Shown here: one piece after another, positions 18,258 to 29,200 of the stretch
How the letters are laid out: every line of letters starts with the position of its first letter
Numbering within the stretch: the first letter of the stretch is position 1
Origin: a bacterium
GTDB lineage: Bacteria > Patescibacteriota > Minisyncoccia > Phycocordibacterales > UBA6899
Direction of reading: 5' to 3'
Assembly (NCBI GenBank): GCA_021851895.1
Contig: JAJZQJ010000002.1
Coordinates: 5,046-69,045, forward strand
DNA: 64,000 nt
Notes under the pieces: generated by a model
The model's database searches: none
Told to the model about the DNA's origin: nothing
Seen by the model: the letters and a program-made list of their open reading frames with translations, nothing else
Program-made: the position numbers and the translations under genes

Positions 18258-20135
18258 CTATTTCTTCTGCTCACGGAGCAGCTGGAGCATCTTCTGCTTC
18301 TCGGCGTCCGTGAGGTTTTCCATCTGACTCGTCGCTTCACGAGCGTCCTTGATGACCGCGTCGGCCTCCGTGGAGACTTTGTGCTGGGCATCGAAGGACT
18401 CTTGGACCTTCGTCTTCGCGAGGGTGAGACCCTGGCACTTGATCGAGTTCAGTGCGATGACCGACTCGTCGTTCTCGAGGAACGATACGGTCACGATGTC
18501 GCCGACGTGGAGCACAGGCGCGACGCGCACGGCTTCATCGGTTCCGCGGGTGGCGAACAGGCGATCGTTCACGCCCTCAAGCGTGAAGTAGAAGGTCTTG
18601 TTCCCGCCGATGACGGTGTCGCCGGTGCGCGTGATGCGCACGGGACCGAGGGTCTTCTTCGCGAGCGCCTTGCCACTCGCCGCGACGGCGTTGCCGTCGC
18701 TCGCGAGCTTCTGGCGGTACGACTCGAGCGCGGTCGTGAGATCACTCTCGATGACGAGCGTATTCACGTTCTCCATAGAGACGAGCGCGACCTTCTGGAA
18801 GAAGGACTGCTCGTTGCTCACGATAGGGATGACCCAGGTGGCCTTGCCGAAGATGTTGTATGGCGTCGGGTGCGTGGGGTGCCAGGTCGTCGCATTCGCG
18901 CCGAGCTGACTGCTCACGGCCTTCATCGCACCGTCTTCGGTCGTGCCACGCATCGGATAGTACTCGGCGCCAGCGATACCCTTGCGGGAGTCGATCAGCA
19001 TGAGTCCGATGAGGGAATCATCCTTCGCATTACTGCTCGTGATGCCGACGCTCCAGTAGAGCTTGTCGCCGAGCTTCACGAGCCACAGGTCGCCCGCAGG
19101 CTTCACGCGGTCATGGTCGTCCCAATTGATGAAACCATGGACGAGGTTGCCCCAGTCGACGATCTGTTCCTTCGCTTGCGCCATGGGGCGGACGCGATCG
19201 ATCCACGAGGGAATCGTGCCGTCCTGCTTGTACTCGCAAGAACCGGTTTCGGGATCAGCGATGATGACGCCGACGGTCTGTTCGCCCCAGAAGCCGATGG
19301 TGGGAGTCATGACGCCGTACGTGTAGTACGGATGCCAGTTCTCGTCCACCTCGAAGGTGACGTCACTTCGGTTCGCCCAGGGAATGTCCTTGTAGACCTT
19401 GCGGTCCAGGTTGTCCCCGAAGACCGCGTTCGGTGTGTACCGAATGGCGAACTTCTTGCCGAGGGCATCCTCGGTGACGAGGGTCGCCTCACGGTTCGGG
19501 TCCTGCGCCGACACCCTGATGTAGCCGGGGATGATGTTGTCGTTGAGACTCGCGAAGTCCGTTGCGTAGTCGAGGGGGAAGATCCACCAGAGTTCGCCGC
19601 GGACCTCTTGGACGGCTCCGTGTTCGAAATCGACATCGAACAGCGACCCGAGGGATTTCCCGTCGGCATTCTGTCCGAGCGCTTTCTTCGCGATGGTGTG
19701 CGCCGTTGCCGCGGAGACCAAGCGGATGTGCTTGGTGTCGGCGAGGGGCACGTTTTCGTTGAAGCGCTGCTTCATCGAGACGTTCCCGATCACGTTGCGG
19801 TACGCTTCCGCATTGAACATCGGACTTGTGCCGATGGCCATGCCGAAGAGGCCGACGAGGATGAGGACGGGGACGGCAATCCCCGCGTGGGGATGGAAGT
19901 CGAAGTATTCGTCTTTTTCGAAGCTGAAGACGAGGCCGAGCACCGCGCCGGTGAGGACGAGGAGCCAGGACTCCGCGAAGCGGAACCCGACCGTGGGGAG
20001 GGCGAAGTACCCGCCGCAGAGGACGAGCAGGAAGGAGAGGCTGCCAGCGGTGATGTACCGCCACGGCGTCTTGATCTTCGCGAGGCCGATGGTGACGATC
20101 GCTGCGATCGCGGCCAGGATGGCGAGGGTGAGCAT
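18258..20135 (-). CDS. membrane-anchored hypothetical protein (625 aa)
   Basis: 4 N-terminal TM then a large soluble domain (PGYIRVSA, FEVDENWHPY, IPSWIDRV); AGGAG SD; TTTACA-17-TATAAT promoter; strong GC3 bias. Confidence 0.85.
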   Translation of the reverse strand: MLTLAILAAIAAIVTIGLAKIKTPWRYITAGSLSFLLVLCGGYFALPTVGFRFAESWLLVLTGAVLGLVFSFEKDEYFDFHPHAGIAVPVLILVGLFGMAIGTSPMFNAEAYRNVIGNVSMKQRFNENVPLADTKHIRLVSAATAHTIAKKALGQNADGKSLGSLFDVDFEHGAVQEVRGELWWIFPLDYATDFASLNDNIIPGYIRVSAQDPNREATLVTEDALGKKFAIRYTPNAVFGDNLDRKVYKDIPWANRSDVTFEVDENWHPYYTYGVMTPTIGFWGEQTVGVIIADPETGSCEYKQDGTIPSWIDRVRPMAQAKEQIVDWGNLVHGFINWDDHDRVKPAGDLWLVKLGDKLYWSVGITSSNAKDDSLIGLMLIDSRKGIAGAEYYPMRGTTEDGAMKAVSSQLGANATTWHPTHPTPYNIFGKATWVIPIVSNEQSFFQKVALVSMENVNTLVIESDLTTALESYRQKLASDGNAVAASGKALAKKTLGPVRITRTGDTVIGGNKTFYFTLEGVNDRLFATRGTDEAVRVAPVLHVGDIVTVSFLENDESVIALNSIKCQGLTLAKTKVQESFDAQHKVSTEADAVIKDAREATSQMENLTDAEKQKMLQLLREQKK

Positions 20136-20415
20136 GTATGCTCCTGTGTTGTGCCGGATATCGATCCGGTGTGTTGAAGGGAAAGAGCTTCGGCTGTCCG
20201 AAACTGGGAGATATTATACAATATTTTTATAGATTTGTAAATAGTATCGATGTGAGGGTTTTTCTCGCTTAAAATATTCCCCGGAACTTGCGAAAAGACA
20301 TCCTGATCTGACACGGAAGGGTCCTATCGGAGTTTTCGCATGTCCTGTGCGGAAAACTGAGAAATTTAGAGCTGAATTTATTCACAATACTATATAAAAT
20401 GATATTATTGTGAAC

Positions 20416-21093
20416 ATGAAACTAAAGGAATTGCATCGTGTCGAGCTTCCACGAGAGAAGTTGGTGAAATATGGCCCCAAGCGTCTCCAATCTGAGGAGT
20501 TGTTTGCAATAATTCTTGGCTCTGGTATTAAAGGGGTCAATGTTCTTACGCTTGCACGTACTGTACTCAAGCACATAGAGAAGAACAAAAATGAGACGAG
20601 CTTAGAAAGTCTCCTGAAGATTAAAGGGTTAGGGACGACTAAGGCGTTGCAGATTATTTCAATATTAGAAATATCTCGTAGGCTACAAGAAAAAGAGAAA
20701 GTAGAAATACTTTCCGCAAAAGATGTTTGGCAGCAGTGCGCAGATTTCCGTGGATCCAAGAAAGAGCACTTCGCCGCCTTCTATCTCGATACACAAAACC
20801 GCCTCATTGAAAGGCAGATCATTTCCGTTGGTACGCTCGATTCTTCTCTCGTCCATCCCCGTGAAGTCTTCGAGCCAGCACTCCGACTTTCTGCTGCATC
20901 GGTCATCGTCGCACATAATCATCCATCTGGTGATCTTGTGCCTTCGGGCGAAGACTTAAGGTTAACGAAACGCCTTAAAGGGGCGGGGGAGTTAATAGGC
21001 ATTAACGTCCTGGATCACATTATCTTGTCTGGCTCAGAACACGGAAGCATAGCTGAGTCAATTGACGATGTACTTAGTGAGAGTATGCTGTAG
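20416..21093 (+). CDS. radC: RadC (JAB/MPN domain) protein
   Basis: PREKL, GTLDSSLVHPREVF, AHNHPSGD..PS.ED, VLDHII. Confidence 0.93.
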   Translation: MKLKELHRVELPREKLVKYGPKRLQSEELFAIILGSGIKGVNVLTLARTVLKHIEKNKNETSLESLLKIKGLGTTKALQIISILEISRRLQEKEKVEILSAKDVWQQCADFRGSKKEHFAAFYLDTQNRLIERQIISVGTLDSSLVHPREVFEPALRLSAASVIVAHNHPSGDLVPSGEDLRLTKRLKGAGELIGINVLDHIILSGSEHGSIAESIDDVLSESML

Positions 21094-21095
21094 TA

Positions 21096-21686
21096 ATGAA
21101 GCATGGCTGCGCTAAATTAGAGGAAGTCGCGGAAATCATTACAGGTTACTCCTTCCGAAAGAGCATAGAGCCTGATCCCAATGGTCAGATTTTTGTGGTG
21201 CAGGCAAAAGATATCGTAAATGGTGAAATAATTCAGTCTACCGAAAAGCTCACACGCATTCTTGAGGAGCCAAACCATCCAGCATATCTTCAGCGTGATG
21301 ATCTCTTATTGCTATCAAAAGTCTACCCTGGAGCGCAGTTTCGTACGACAATATATCAAGGTTTATCAGGGAAGGTTTTAGCAAGTTCTTCGATTCATGT
21401 GATCCGACTCAAGAATGATTCGGTGCTCCCAGAATACTTATTCATGCTCTTTTCTTCTGGTTTTACGCAGAAGTGGTTGCAAGAAAATTCAAGCGGTGTG
21501 AATACTCCGACGATGCCGCGCGCCACTCTTGGCACACTCACTATCCCAATCATTAGCATTGAGCAACAAAAAGCATATATTTCGCTGTCAAAAGAAATGA
21601 AAAACATGCAGCGTTTGCTCCAAGAGAAAGCTGACCTTATTGCTATCGTACAAGAACAGACACTTGTAAGCTTGATCACCTCGTAA
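21096..21686 (+). CDS. half-size type I R-M specificity subunit (single TRD)
   Basis: KLEEVAEIITG, VLPEYL, LTIPIISIEQQ then a helical segment, as in one HsdS repeat. Confidence 0.75.
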   Translation: MKHGCAKLEEVAEIITGYSFRKSIEPDPNGQIFVVQAKDIVNGEIIQSTEKLTRILEEPNHPAYLQRDDLLLLSKVYPGAQFRTTIYQGLSGKVLASSSIHVIRLKNDSVLPEYLFMLFSSGFTQKWLQENSSGVNTPTMPRATLGTLTIPIISIEQQKAYISLSKEMKNMQRLLQEKADLIAIVQEQTLVSLITS

Positions 21687-21706
21687 AGATATAAAACAAA
21701 TTACGT

Positions 21707-22546
21707 ATGGCACAAACAATTTTTGAACAAATCAAGAAGGTAAATGAGTTCGGCGGAGAATATTGGCAGGCGCGTGAGCTCGCAAAGGTTCTTGAATATG
21801 CTGACTTTGGGAATTTTGAAAATGTCATTAAAAAGGCAATGGACGCCTGTGAGGCAAGTGGGCAGGAGGTTGCGGACCATTTCGGTGCTCTCACCGAGAT
21901 GGTCGAAATTGGGTCAGGAGCAAAGCGAGAAATGTCAAGTTATGCACTTTCACGCTATGCCTGTTATCTCATAATCCAGGGCGCAGATACGACGAAGATT
22001 ATTATCGCGAAAGCGCATACATATTTTGCCATACAGACAAGAAGGCAAGAAGTAGCCGACCTCCTTGTCGAAGACAATAAGCGTGTCTTCCTGCGTGAGG
22101 AGATGAAAAAGCATAATAAGAATCTGGTCAGTGCGGCAAAGGACGCAGGTGTGACCAATTATGCGAATTTCCAGGATGCAGGATATATGGGACTTTACGG
22201 TGGTATGCGCCAAAAAGACATTCTCGCGCGCAAGCGTCTCTCCGTGAAAGAGGGCATCCTCGATCACATGGGAAGCGAGGAGCTCGCTGCGAATCTTTTC
22301 CGCGCCACACAAACAGAGGCGAAATTACGACGAGACAACATTAGGGGCCAAATTAAGGCAAATCAAACGCACTATGATGTTGGAGGTAGAGTGCGTGCAA
22401 CCATTAAAGAATTAGGAGGAACGATGCCAGAGAAGTTGCCAAATCCAGGTCCGATAAAGGATTCCGTTAAGCGCATTAAGAGCTCAGCGAAGGCCAAGAG
22501 CATTGTTGAGGGGAAAGTAGTTGCGAGGAAAAAGAAAAAAGCGTAA
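21707..22546 (+). CDS. dinD: DNA damage-inducible protein D (Bro-N-like)
   Basis: EYWQAREL, LSRYACYLI, YFAIQTRRQE, ILDHMGSEELAANLFRATQTE, GGTMPEKLP. Confidence 0.9.
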   Translation: MAQTIFEQIKKVNEFGGEYWQARELAKVLEYADFGNFENVIKKAMDACEASGQEVADHFGALTEMVEIGSGAKREMSSYALSRYACYLIIQGADTTKIIIAKAHTYFAIQTRRQEVADLLVEDNKRVFLREEMKKHNKNLVSAAKDAGVTNYANFQDAGYMGLYGGMRQKDILARKRLSVKEGILDHMGSEELAANLFRATQTEAKLRRDNIRGQIKANQTHYDVGGRVRATIKELGGTMPEKLPNPGPIKDSVKRIKSSAKAKSIVEGKVVARKKKKA

Positions 22547-22568
22547 TGCTTAAGAAAAAATAAACATC

Positions 22569-24083
22569 ATGTCTACAAAAACATTCAATCAAGAGGAGCT
22601 CAATAAAGTACTTTGGGCAGCGGCTGATTCCTCTCGAGGTAAGGTTGACGCAAGTATCTATAAGGATTATGTGCTCACGATGCTCTTCTTCAAGTACATG
22701 AGTGATCTGCATAAGAAGACTTATGCAGAGTACCTTAAGCGTTTCGACGGAGATATTGATCGCGTTGAGGAGAAAATGCGTCTCGACCGCTTTGTGCTCC
22801 CCGAGACAGCAACTTTTGAAGCAGTATATGCACAGATAGAGAAGGACAACATCGGCGAAATCATCAATATCGCGCTTAAAGAGGTGGAGGCTGAGAACAG
22901 GGGGAAGCTTGATAAGGTCTTTGCCGTAGACTTCAATTCCGAAAACACCCTCGGTAAGCTCGATGAGCGTAATCGTATGCTGCGTAATTTGCTCAAAGAT
23001 TTCGCAAAGGTGGACTTCAGTGAGGCTGATGAAGACATTGTGGGAAATGCATACATGTATATGATTGAGCGCTTTGGCTCAGCGGCAGGGAAGAAAGCAG
23101 GAGAGTTCTTTACCCCCCGCTCTATCGCTTCGCTCGTCGCACGTCTTGCTGCACCAAAAGCAGGAGATCGTATCGCCGATATGGCCTGTGGGTCAGGCGG
23201 CCTCCTTTTGCTCGCAGGTGAGGAAGTCGAGAAGACTGGCTCAAAGAATTATGCTCTCTATGGTCAAGAGCTTACTGGTACTACCTACCAGCTCGCGCGT
23301 ATGAACATGTTCCTACATCAGAAGGATTCGGCACGCATTGAATGGGGCGATACGCTCAATAGTCCGCTCCTTGTGGAGAACGATCAGCTCATGCGCTTTG
23401 ACGTCTCTGTTGCAAATCCTCCCTTCTCGCTCAAGAAGTGGGGTGCAGAGAATGCAGAGAATGATAAGTACAATCGTTTCTGGCGCGGAATACCACCGAA
23501 GGACAAAGGAGACTATGCCTTCGTAACCCATATGGTTGAAACCACGAAGCCAAAGTCGGGTCGTGGTGTTATCGTCGTGCCCCATGGAGTGCTCTTCCGT
23601 GGTGGAGCGGAAGGGAGAATTCGTGAAGCATTGCTCAAGGAAAATATCATCGATGCAGTCATTGGGCTTCCTGCTGGGCTTTTCCAAACGACAGGTATCC
23701 CCGTCGCAATCCTTATATTCGATCGCTCTCGAGAAGTGGGGGGTGCGAACGAATCTCGCAAAGATGTGCTCTTCATTGAAGCCTCGAAAGAATTCAAGGC
23801 AGGCAAAGCGCAAAGTACCCTCACTGATGAGAATGCGGCAAAGATTATTGATACGTACAAGGGGAGAAAAGAAATCGAAAAGTTCTCTCGTAAAGTCTCG
23901 CTTAAAGAGATCGAGGAGGAAAATGACTTTAATCTAAATATCACTCGATATGTCGATACCTTTGAAGAGGAGGATGAAATTGATATTTCTGCAAATCTCA
24001 AAGAGTTATCTAAGGTAAACGCTGAATTGAAGGAGGTCGAGAAGAAGATGGAGGAGTATTTAAAGATGCTTAATATCGCATAA
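22569..24083 (+). CDS. hsdM: type I R-M methyltransferase subunit
   Basis: GEFFTP, DMACGSGG SAM motif, NPPF catalytic motif, PHGVLFRGG. Confidence 0.95.
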   Translation: MSTKTFNQEELNKVLWAAADSSRGKVDASIYKDYVLTMLFFKYMSDLHKKTYAEYLKRFDGDIDRVEEKMRLDRFVLPETATFEAVYAQIEKDNIGEIINIALKEVEAENRGKLDKVFAVDFNSENTLGKLDERNRMLRNLLKDFAKVDFSEADEDIVGNAYMYMIERFGSAAGKKAGEFFTPRSIASLVARLAAPKAGDRIADMACGSGGLLLLAGEEVEKTGSKNYALYGQELTGTTYQLARMNMFLHQKDSARIEWGDTLNSPLLVENDQLMRFDVSVANPPFSLKKWGAENAENDKYNRFWRGIPPKDKGDYAFVTHMVETTKPKSGRGVIVVPHGVLFRGGAEGRIREALLKENIIDAVIGLPAGLFQTTGIPVAILIFDRSREVGGANESRKDVLFIEASKEFKAGKAQSTLTDENAAKIIDTYKGRKEIEKFSRKVSLKEIEEENDFNLNITRYVDTFEEEDEIDISANLKELSKVNAELKEVEKKMEEYLKMLNIA

Positions 24084-24086
24084 AAC

Positions 24087-25100
24087 ATGGCAAAGGTAAA
24101 ACAGGCAACAAAAACTTGGGAAGAGCTCGAGAAATTAAGACTCGAATTCGAACAGAGGCTCTTTCCGCAGGTTAAAGCAAAAATTGATGAAATAGAAGCC
24201 TATAGAGATACTCTTCTCGATGACAATGAAAAGAAGTCATTAAGCACGACTATTTCTGAGTTGTCGGATAAAATCACCGAACTAGAGGAGTCCTTCAAAG
24301 AAAAATTCAGTGACATAGAAACTTTGCATGAGAGGATTTTTCACGGGGATGAGGAGAATGATGCGTTGTCTGATCAGGTTGATGAGTTTGTAAATAAAGC
24401 AAAAGGAGAGCTTGCTGGCTTGAATACAAAACACGCTGATATTAATAGGTATCATGAAAAGGTATTTGGTGAGAAGGATGCTTCTGGAAAGTATTCAGGT
24501 GGGCTCGCGTCAGAGCTAGAAAAGTATGGAAAGAAGTATGAAGCCCTATTTGGCCAAATAGAAGGCTTATTGCCAGGTGCTACAAGTGCTGGTCTTGCTC
24601 AGGCATTTAGCGATAAGGTTGATGAATACAAGAAAGAGGCTTCAAAGTGGAAGTGGATTACTTTTGGCTCCTTGTGTATCGCAGTCGTTCTTAGTATCGT
24701 CTCATACTGGCTTGATCGTGGTCAGGTGCTCTCGTTTTCATTTGTCATGATCCGGCTTGCACAGAAATTGCCTTTTGTTTTGTTTGCAGTTTGGCTGGTT
24801 GTATATGCAAATAATCGACGTGCAGAAAATAAAAAACTCGAAGAGTCATATAAGCATAAAGAGGTAATCGCGAGATCTTTTGTGGGCTATAGGAAGCAAA
24901 TTGAGGATCTCGATCTCGACACTGAAGATAATAATTTACTTATTTCGCTCACGACAGGATTACTTGATGCCATCATGATCAATTCATCAGATTTCTTAAC
25001 AGCGACTGGCGAGAAGAGTCCGATTCATGAAATGCTTGATAAAGCTGCAGATACTGCGAGTGCCGCAGTATCTAGCCCTGTAATTTCTATAAAGAAATAA
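24087..25100 (+). CDS. coiled-coil plus 2-TM hypothetical protein inserted between hsdM and hsdS
   Basis: About 170 aa charged helical N-terminus, GATSAGLAQAF, two TM helices, EESYKHKE..ARSFVGY; visibly AT-richer. Confidence 0.8.
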   Translation: MAKVKQATKTWEELEKLRLEFEQRLFPQVKAKIDEIEAYRDTLLDDNEKKSLSTTISELSDKITELEESFKEKFSDIETLHERIFHGDEENDALSDQVDEFVNKAKGELAGLNTKHADINRYHEKVFGEKDASGKYSGGLASELEKYGKKYEALFGQIEGLLPGATSAGLAQAFSDKVDEYKKEASKWKWITFGSLCIAVVLSIVSYWLDRGQVLSFSFVMIRLAQKLPFVLFAVWLVVYANNRRAENKKLEESYKHKEVIARSFVGYRKQIEDLDLDTEDNNLLISLTTGLLDAIMINSSDFLTATGEKSPIHEMLDKAADTASAAVSSPVISIKK

Positions 25101-25103
25101 TTC

Positions 25104-26246
25104 ATGGAACTAGCGAAACAAAAAATTCCGTCCACTTGGCAAAAACTTCGCCTCGGTGATTGTCTGACAATAAAGCATGGTAAATCACAAAAAGAAATTG
25201 AAGTAGTCGATGGTAAATATCCCATCCTTGCTTCAGGTGGAGTTATAGGGAGAACTAATACTCCACTATATAGTAAGCCATCAGTATTAATCGGTAGAAA
25301 AGGGACGATTGATAAGCCTAGATACATGGATACTCCTTTTTGGACGGTAGATACGCTATTTTACAGTCAGGTAAAGGACAACTCTGTACCCAAGTATTTG
25401 TTTTATGTATTCAATTTCATTGACTGGTATGAATACAATGAGGCTTCGGGAGTCCCAAGTCTTTCGTCGAGCACTATTTCCTCAATAGAAGTTCTACTTC
25501 CTCCTCTCCCTGAACAAAACCGCATCGTTTCGGTTCTTGAAACCTGGGATAAGGCAATTGAAAAACTTTCTCGAAAGATTGAAATTAAGAAGGAAATCAA
25601 GAGGGGATTGATGCGGGGCTTACTGACTGGCAAGCTCAGGGTAACAGGTCGCGGTGGGAGTTGGGATGTCTATAAAATCGGTGACATAATTGTTGAAAGT
25701 CGAATTCCTTCCAAGAGTTTTGATGTTACTAAAAGGATTAGTGTGCGACTAAATATGAATGGCGTAGAGAGTAGGGAAGTGCGAGGTACTGAGGCTGAGG
25801 GCTCGACCATGTTTTTCGTTAGGAGCGCTGGTCAGTTTGTTTATGGAAAGCAAAATTTATATAAGGGAGCGATGGGGATTATTCCAGAACAGCTTAATGG
25901 TTATGAGAGCACTCAAGATATCCCCTCTTTTGATTTCAGGGAAGGATTTGATTCTAAGTGGTTCTTGTATTTCATGGGCAGAGAAAGTTTTTATTCGCAA
26001 CTTGAAGATATTGCAACTGGTTCAGGGTCCAAGCGAATTCATCCACGAGATTTATTTAAAATTAAGATTCGGGTACCTAAATATGACGAACAGTTAGCAA
26101 TTGCATCTGTGCTATCGGTTGCCGATTCGGAAATCCGCATACTTACCCAAAAACAGCAGTGTCTAGAGAGGCAGAAAAAGTTTCTCCTTAATAATCTTGT
26201 CACTGGAAAAATTCGTACTCCAGAAAACCTACAATATGCTAAATAA
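25104..26246 (+). CDS. hsdS: type I R-M specificity subunit
   Basis: Two TRDs with conserved PPLPEQNRIV and PKYDEQLAIA spacers; LLTGK/LVTGK ends. Confidence 0.93.
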   Translation: MELAKQKIPSTWQKLRLGDCLTIKHGKSQKEIEVVDGKYPILASGGVIGRTNTPLYSKPSVLIGRKGTIDKPRYMDTPFWTVDTLFYSQVKDNSVPKYLFYVFNFIDWYEYNEASGVPSLSSSTISSIEVLLPPLPEQNRIVSVLETWDKAIEKLSRKIEIKKEIKRGLMRGLLTGKLRVTGRGGSWDVYKIGDIIVESRIPSKSFDVTKRISVRLNMNGVESREVRGTEAEGSTMFFVRSAGQFVYGKQNLYKGAMGIIPEQLNGYESTQDIPSFDFREGFDSKWFLYFMGRESFYSQLEDIATGSGSKRIHPRDLFKIKIRVPKYDEQLAIASVLSVADSEIRILTQKQQCLERQKKFLLNNLVTGKIRTPENLQYAK

Positions 26247-29200
26247 AGTCCATTTTGATGAAGCGCGTCAGGTACAGTTGCCCGCAGTAGAGTTGCTCAT
26301 AAGCCTTGGTTATGAGTATATTTCGGTGAGCGAGGCGCTGCGTGAGCGTGGGGGAGATGAACGTAACGTAATACTGCGTGATATCGCGCGTGCGAAGTTA
26401 ATGGAAATTAATAGCTATGAGCTCGATGGTGAAAAGATGCAATTCACTCCTCGCGATGTGAATGAGGCTATTGATGAGCTCGAAAACCTTCCATTTGAGG
26501 GACTTCAGAAGACCGCACAAAACATTTACCGCATGATCATGCCGACGAGTGGCGGGAAGACTGTCGAGGTGCGTAAGGGAGACTCGAAAAACTTTCGTTT
26601 CATCGATTTTGCGGAACCCCATAATAATGCTTTTCATGTGACGGTAGAATATACCGTCGTTGGTAAAGAAGAGATCCGCCCGGATATCGTTTGTTTTGTG
26701 AATGGTTTTCCTATTGCGGTTATCGAAAGCAAGAAGCATACGGTATCGGTGGAAGAAGCACTAGAGCAGATGGTGCGCAATCAAGGCGTCGAATATGCTC
26801 CAAAACTATATACCTTTGCACAGATACTTGTGGGCTCAAATGGTACTGATTTCCGCTATGGTACAACCGGCACTGGCGAGAAATTTTATGCAGTCTGGAA
26901 AGAAAAGCCTAGAGAGAAAGGAGAGGCGGATCTTGAGCGACTTGATGCGCGCGTAAAGGAATTAATTGCTCAGCCGATTGCCGTAGGTGTGTATCAAGAA
27001 TTGCTCAATGACTTGAGCCGAGGCCAATCACATCATGAGCAACTTTGCGATCGCCCTATTACTGCGCAAGATCGCAGTATCGTCGCACTCTTTACGCCAG
27101 AGCGCTTACTTGATCTCACAAAGCACTTTGTGATTTTCGATGCAATGGAGAAGAAGATTGCACGCTATCAGCAGTATTTTGCTATTGAGAAGATGCGTCG
27201 CCGTGTGATGGAGAAGGAGGCCGCACCTGAGGGCGGCGAGCGTCGCCGTGGCGGTATCGTCTGGCATACACAAGGGTCTGGAAAGTCGCTGACGATGGTG
27301 CTCTTCGTGAAGGCGCTTATAGAGGATGAGCATATTAAGAATCCTCGTGTCATTATTGTTACCGACCGCAGAGATCTTGATAGGCAAATCAAGGGAACGT
27401 TTGAGAATTGTGGACTCAAGAAGGACGTCGTCCAGGCAAAGACGGGACAGCACCTGCTTGATCTTATTCAAGAGAAGAATCTTGGAGTCATCACCACTCT
27501 CGTGCAAAAGTTTGAGAGCGTCGCGAAGAAGCGTGAAGATTTTGTTGACCCCGATGAGAACATCTTTGTGCTCATCGATGAGGCGCATCGTACCCACGGC
27601 GGTATGGCGAGCCTTGAGATGTCCCGCACAATACCGAATGCTTGCTATATTGCCTTTACGGGTACGCCACTCATGCGCGAGGAGAAGGAGAGCTGGAGGC
27701 GTTTTGGGGCATATATTGACAAATATACCATTGATGACGCCGTGCTCGATGGTAATGTGCTCCCACTGATCTATGAGGGACGCTTTGTGCCGCTTGTGCA
27801 GAATGCAAAGAAGATTGATGAGCTTGTTGATCGTGTAAAAGAGCGTGCAATACACAAATACCAGTCCAATGGTGAAGAAGATAAACGCGAAGAGGAGTCG
27901 GTAAATCGCGAAGCGTTGGTCAATAATCCACAGCGCCTCCGTGAAATAGTCCATGATATTGAATCGCATTATAAGATGGAGCTGCAGGGGACAGGACTTA
28001 AGGCGCAAGTTGTTGCTCCCAGCAAATTTGCGGCAGTAAAAATGCAACAAATGTTTCTCGAGAGCGGGTTGGTGAAGTCTGCGGTCGTTGTCTCAGATGA
28101 GTCGGGGATTGTTCATGAGGATGACTACCGAAGGCAGGAAGTTGTCGATTTCTTGGATAAGATAAAAGATACTCATTCGAGTATTGAAGAATATGAGAAA
28201 GAAGTGATTCGCGACTTCAAGGATAATGCAGATGGTGTCGAAGTGCTTATCGTTGTCCATAAGCTCCTCACGGGTTTTGATGCCCCAAGAAATACCGTGC
28301 TTTACCTCGCAAAGAGTTTGAGGGACCATGACTTACTTCAAGCAATTGCTCGTGTGAACAGGCTTTGCGATAAGGGCAAGAAGCAGAAAACATCAGGGTA
28401 TATTATTGATTATTCCGAGAATGCACAACACCTCAAGAGTGCGATGCAGCTCTTTGGGAACTACGAGGAGGACGATGTGCACGGCACGCTTGTGGACGTG
28501 GGAGAGAAGATGCAGGAACTGGCACAAGCATATGCGGCCATACATGATATTTTTCGTGGCGTGCATGGGGCGAAGACGGTAGAACCGTTCATGGAGGTGC
28601 TCAAGGCAGAGGATACACGCGTGGAATTTAATGCCGCAGTAAATACATACACAAAGCTCTTCAGTGAATGTCTTGCGTTGAAGGATTTCAATGAGAACTT
28701 CAAAGATATTGATCTGTATAAGCGAGAGCTCAGAAAGTTCGTCGAATTAAGAAAGCTTTCGCGGTTCAGATACGGCGAGCGAACGGACTTTAATGAGTAC
28801 AAATTTGCGTTGATGCGTATCCTTGATCAGTATGTTGATACCGAAGGAGGCGTGGAGCGTCTTACTGAAAAGATTGATGTTCGCGATATTGCTCAGGTGC
28901 GTAAGGCTGTTGAAGAGATCGTAGATAGCAAGGAGAAGGCTGAGGCGATTGCGACACAGGTGAATAAGACTATTCACGACCGTGAGGCTGAGGATCCTGT
29001 CTACTATAAGTCACTCTCGGAACGAGTTGAGGAAATTATACGAGCGATGCGAGAGGGGAGAATGCAAGACCTCGTTGCCCTTGAAGGGCTCGAAGAATTG
29101 CTCATTGCCGCAAATGAGAAGAAGCAGGCCTCAGTACCAAGTCAGATTGAAGCTGAACATGGAGCAGATCTATTTTATCGAAATTTACTTCCACATTTTG

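Noticed and set aside
18090-20177. 695-aa plus-strand ORF
   Set aside because: Antisense shadow of the GC3-biased gene 18258..20135, which has the SD, promoter and TM architecture
27106-28050. 314-aa minus-strand ORF
   Set aside because: Antisense to hsdR with no motifs
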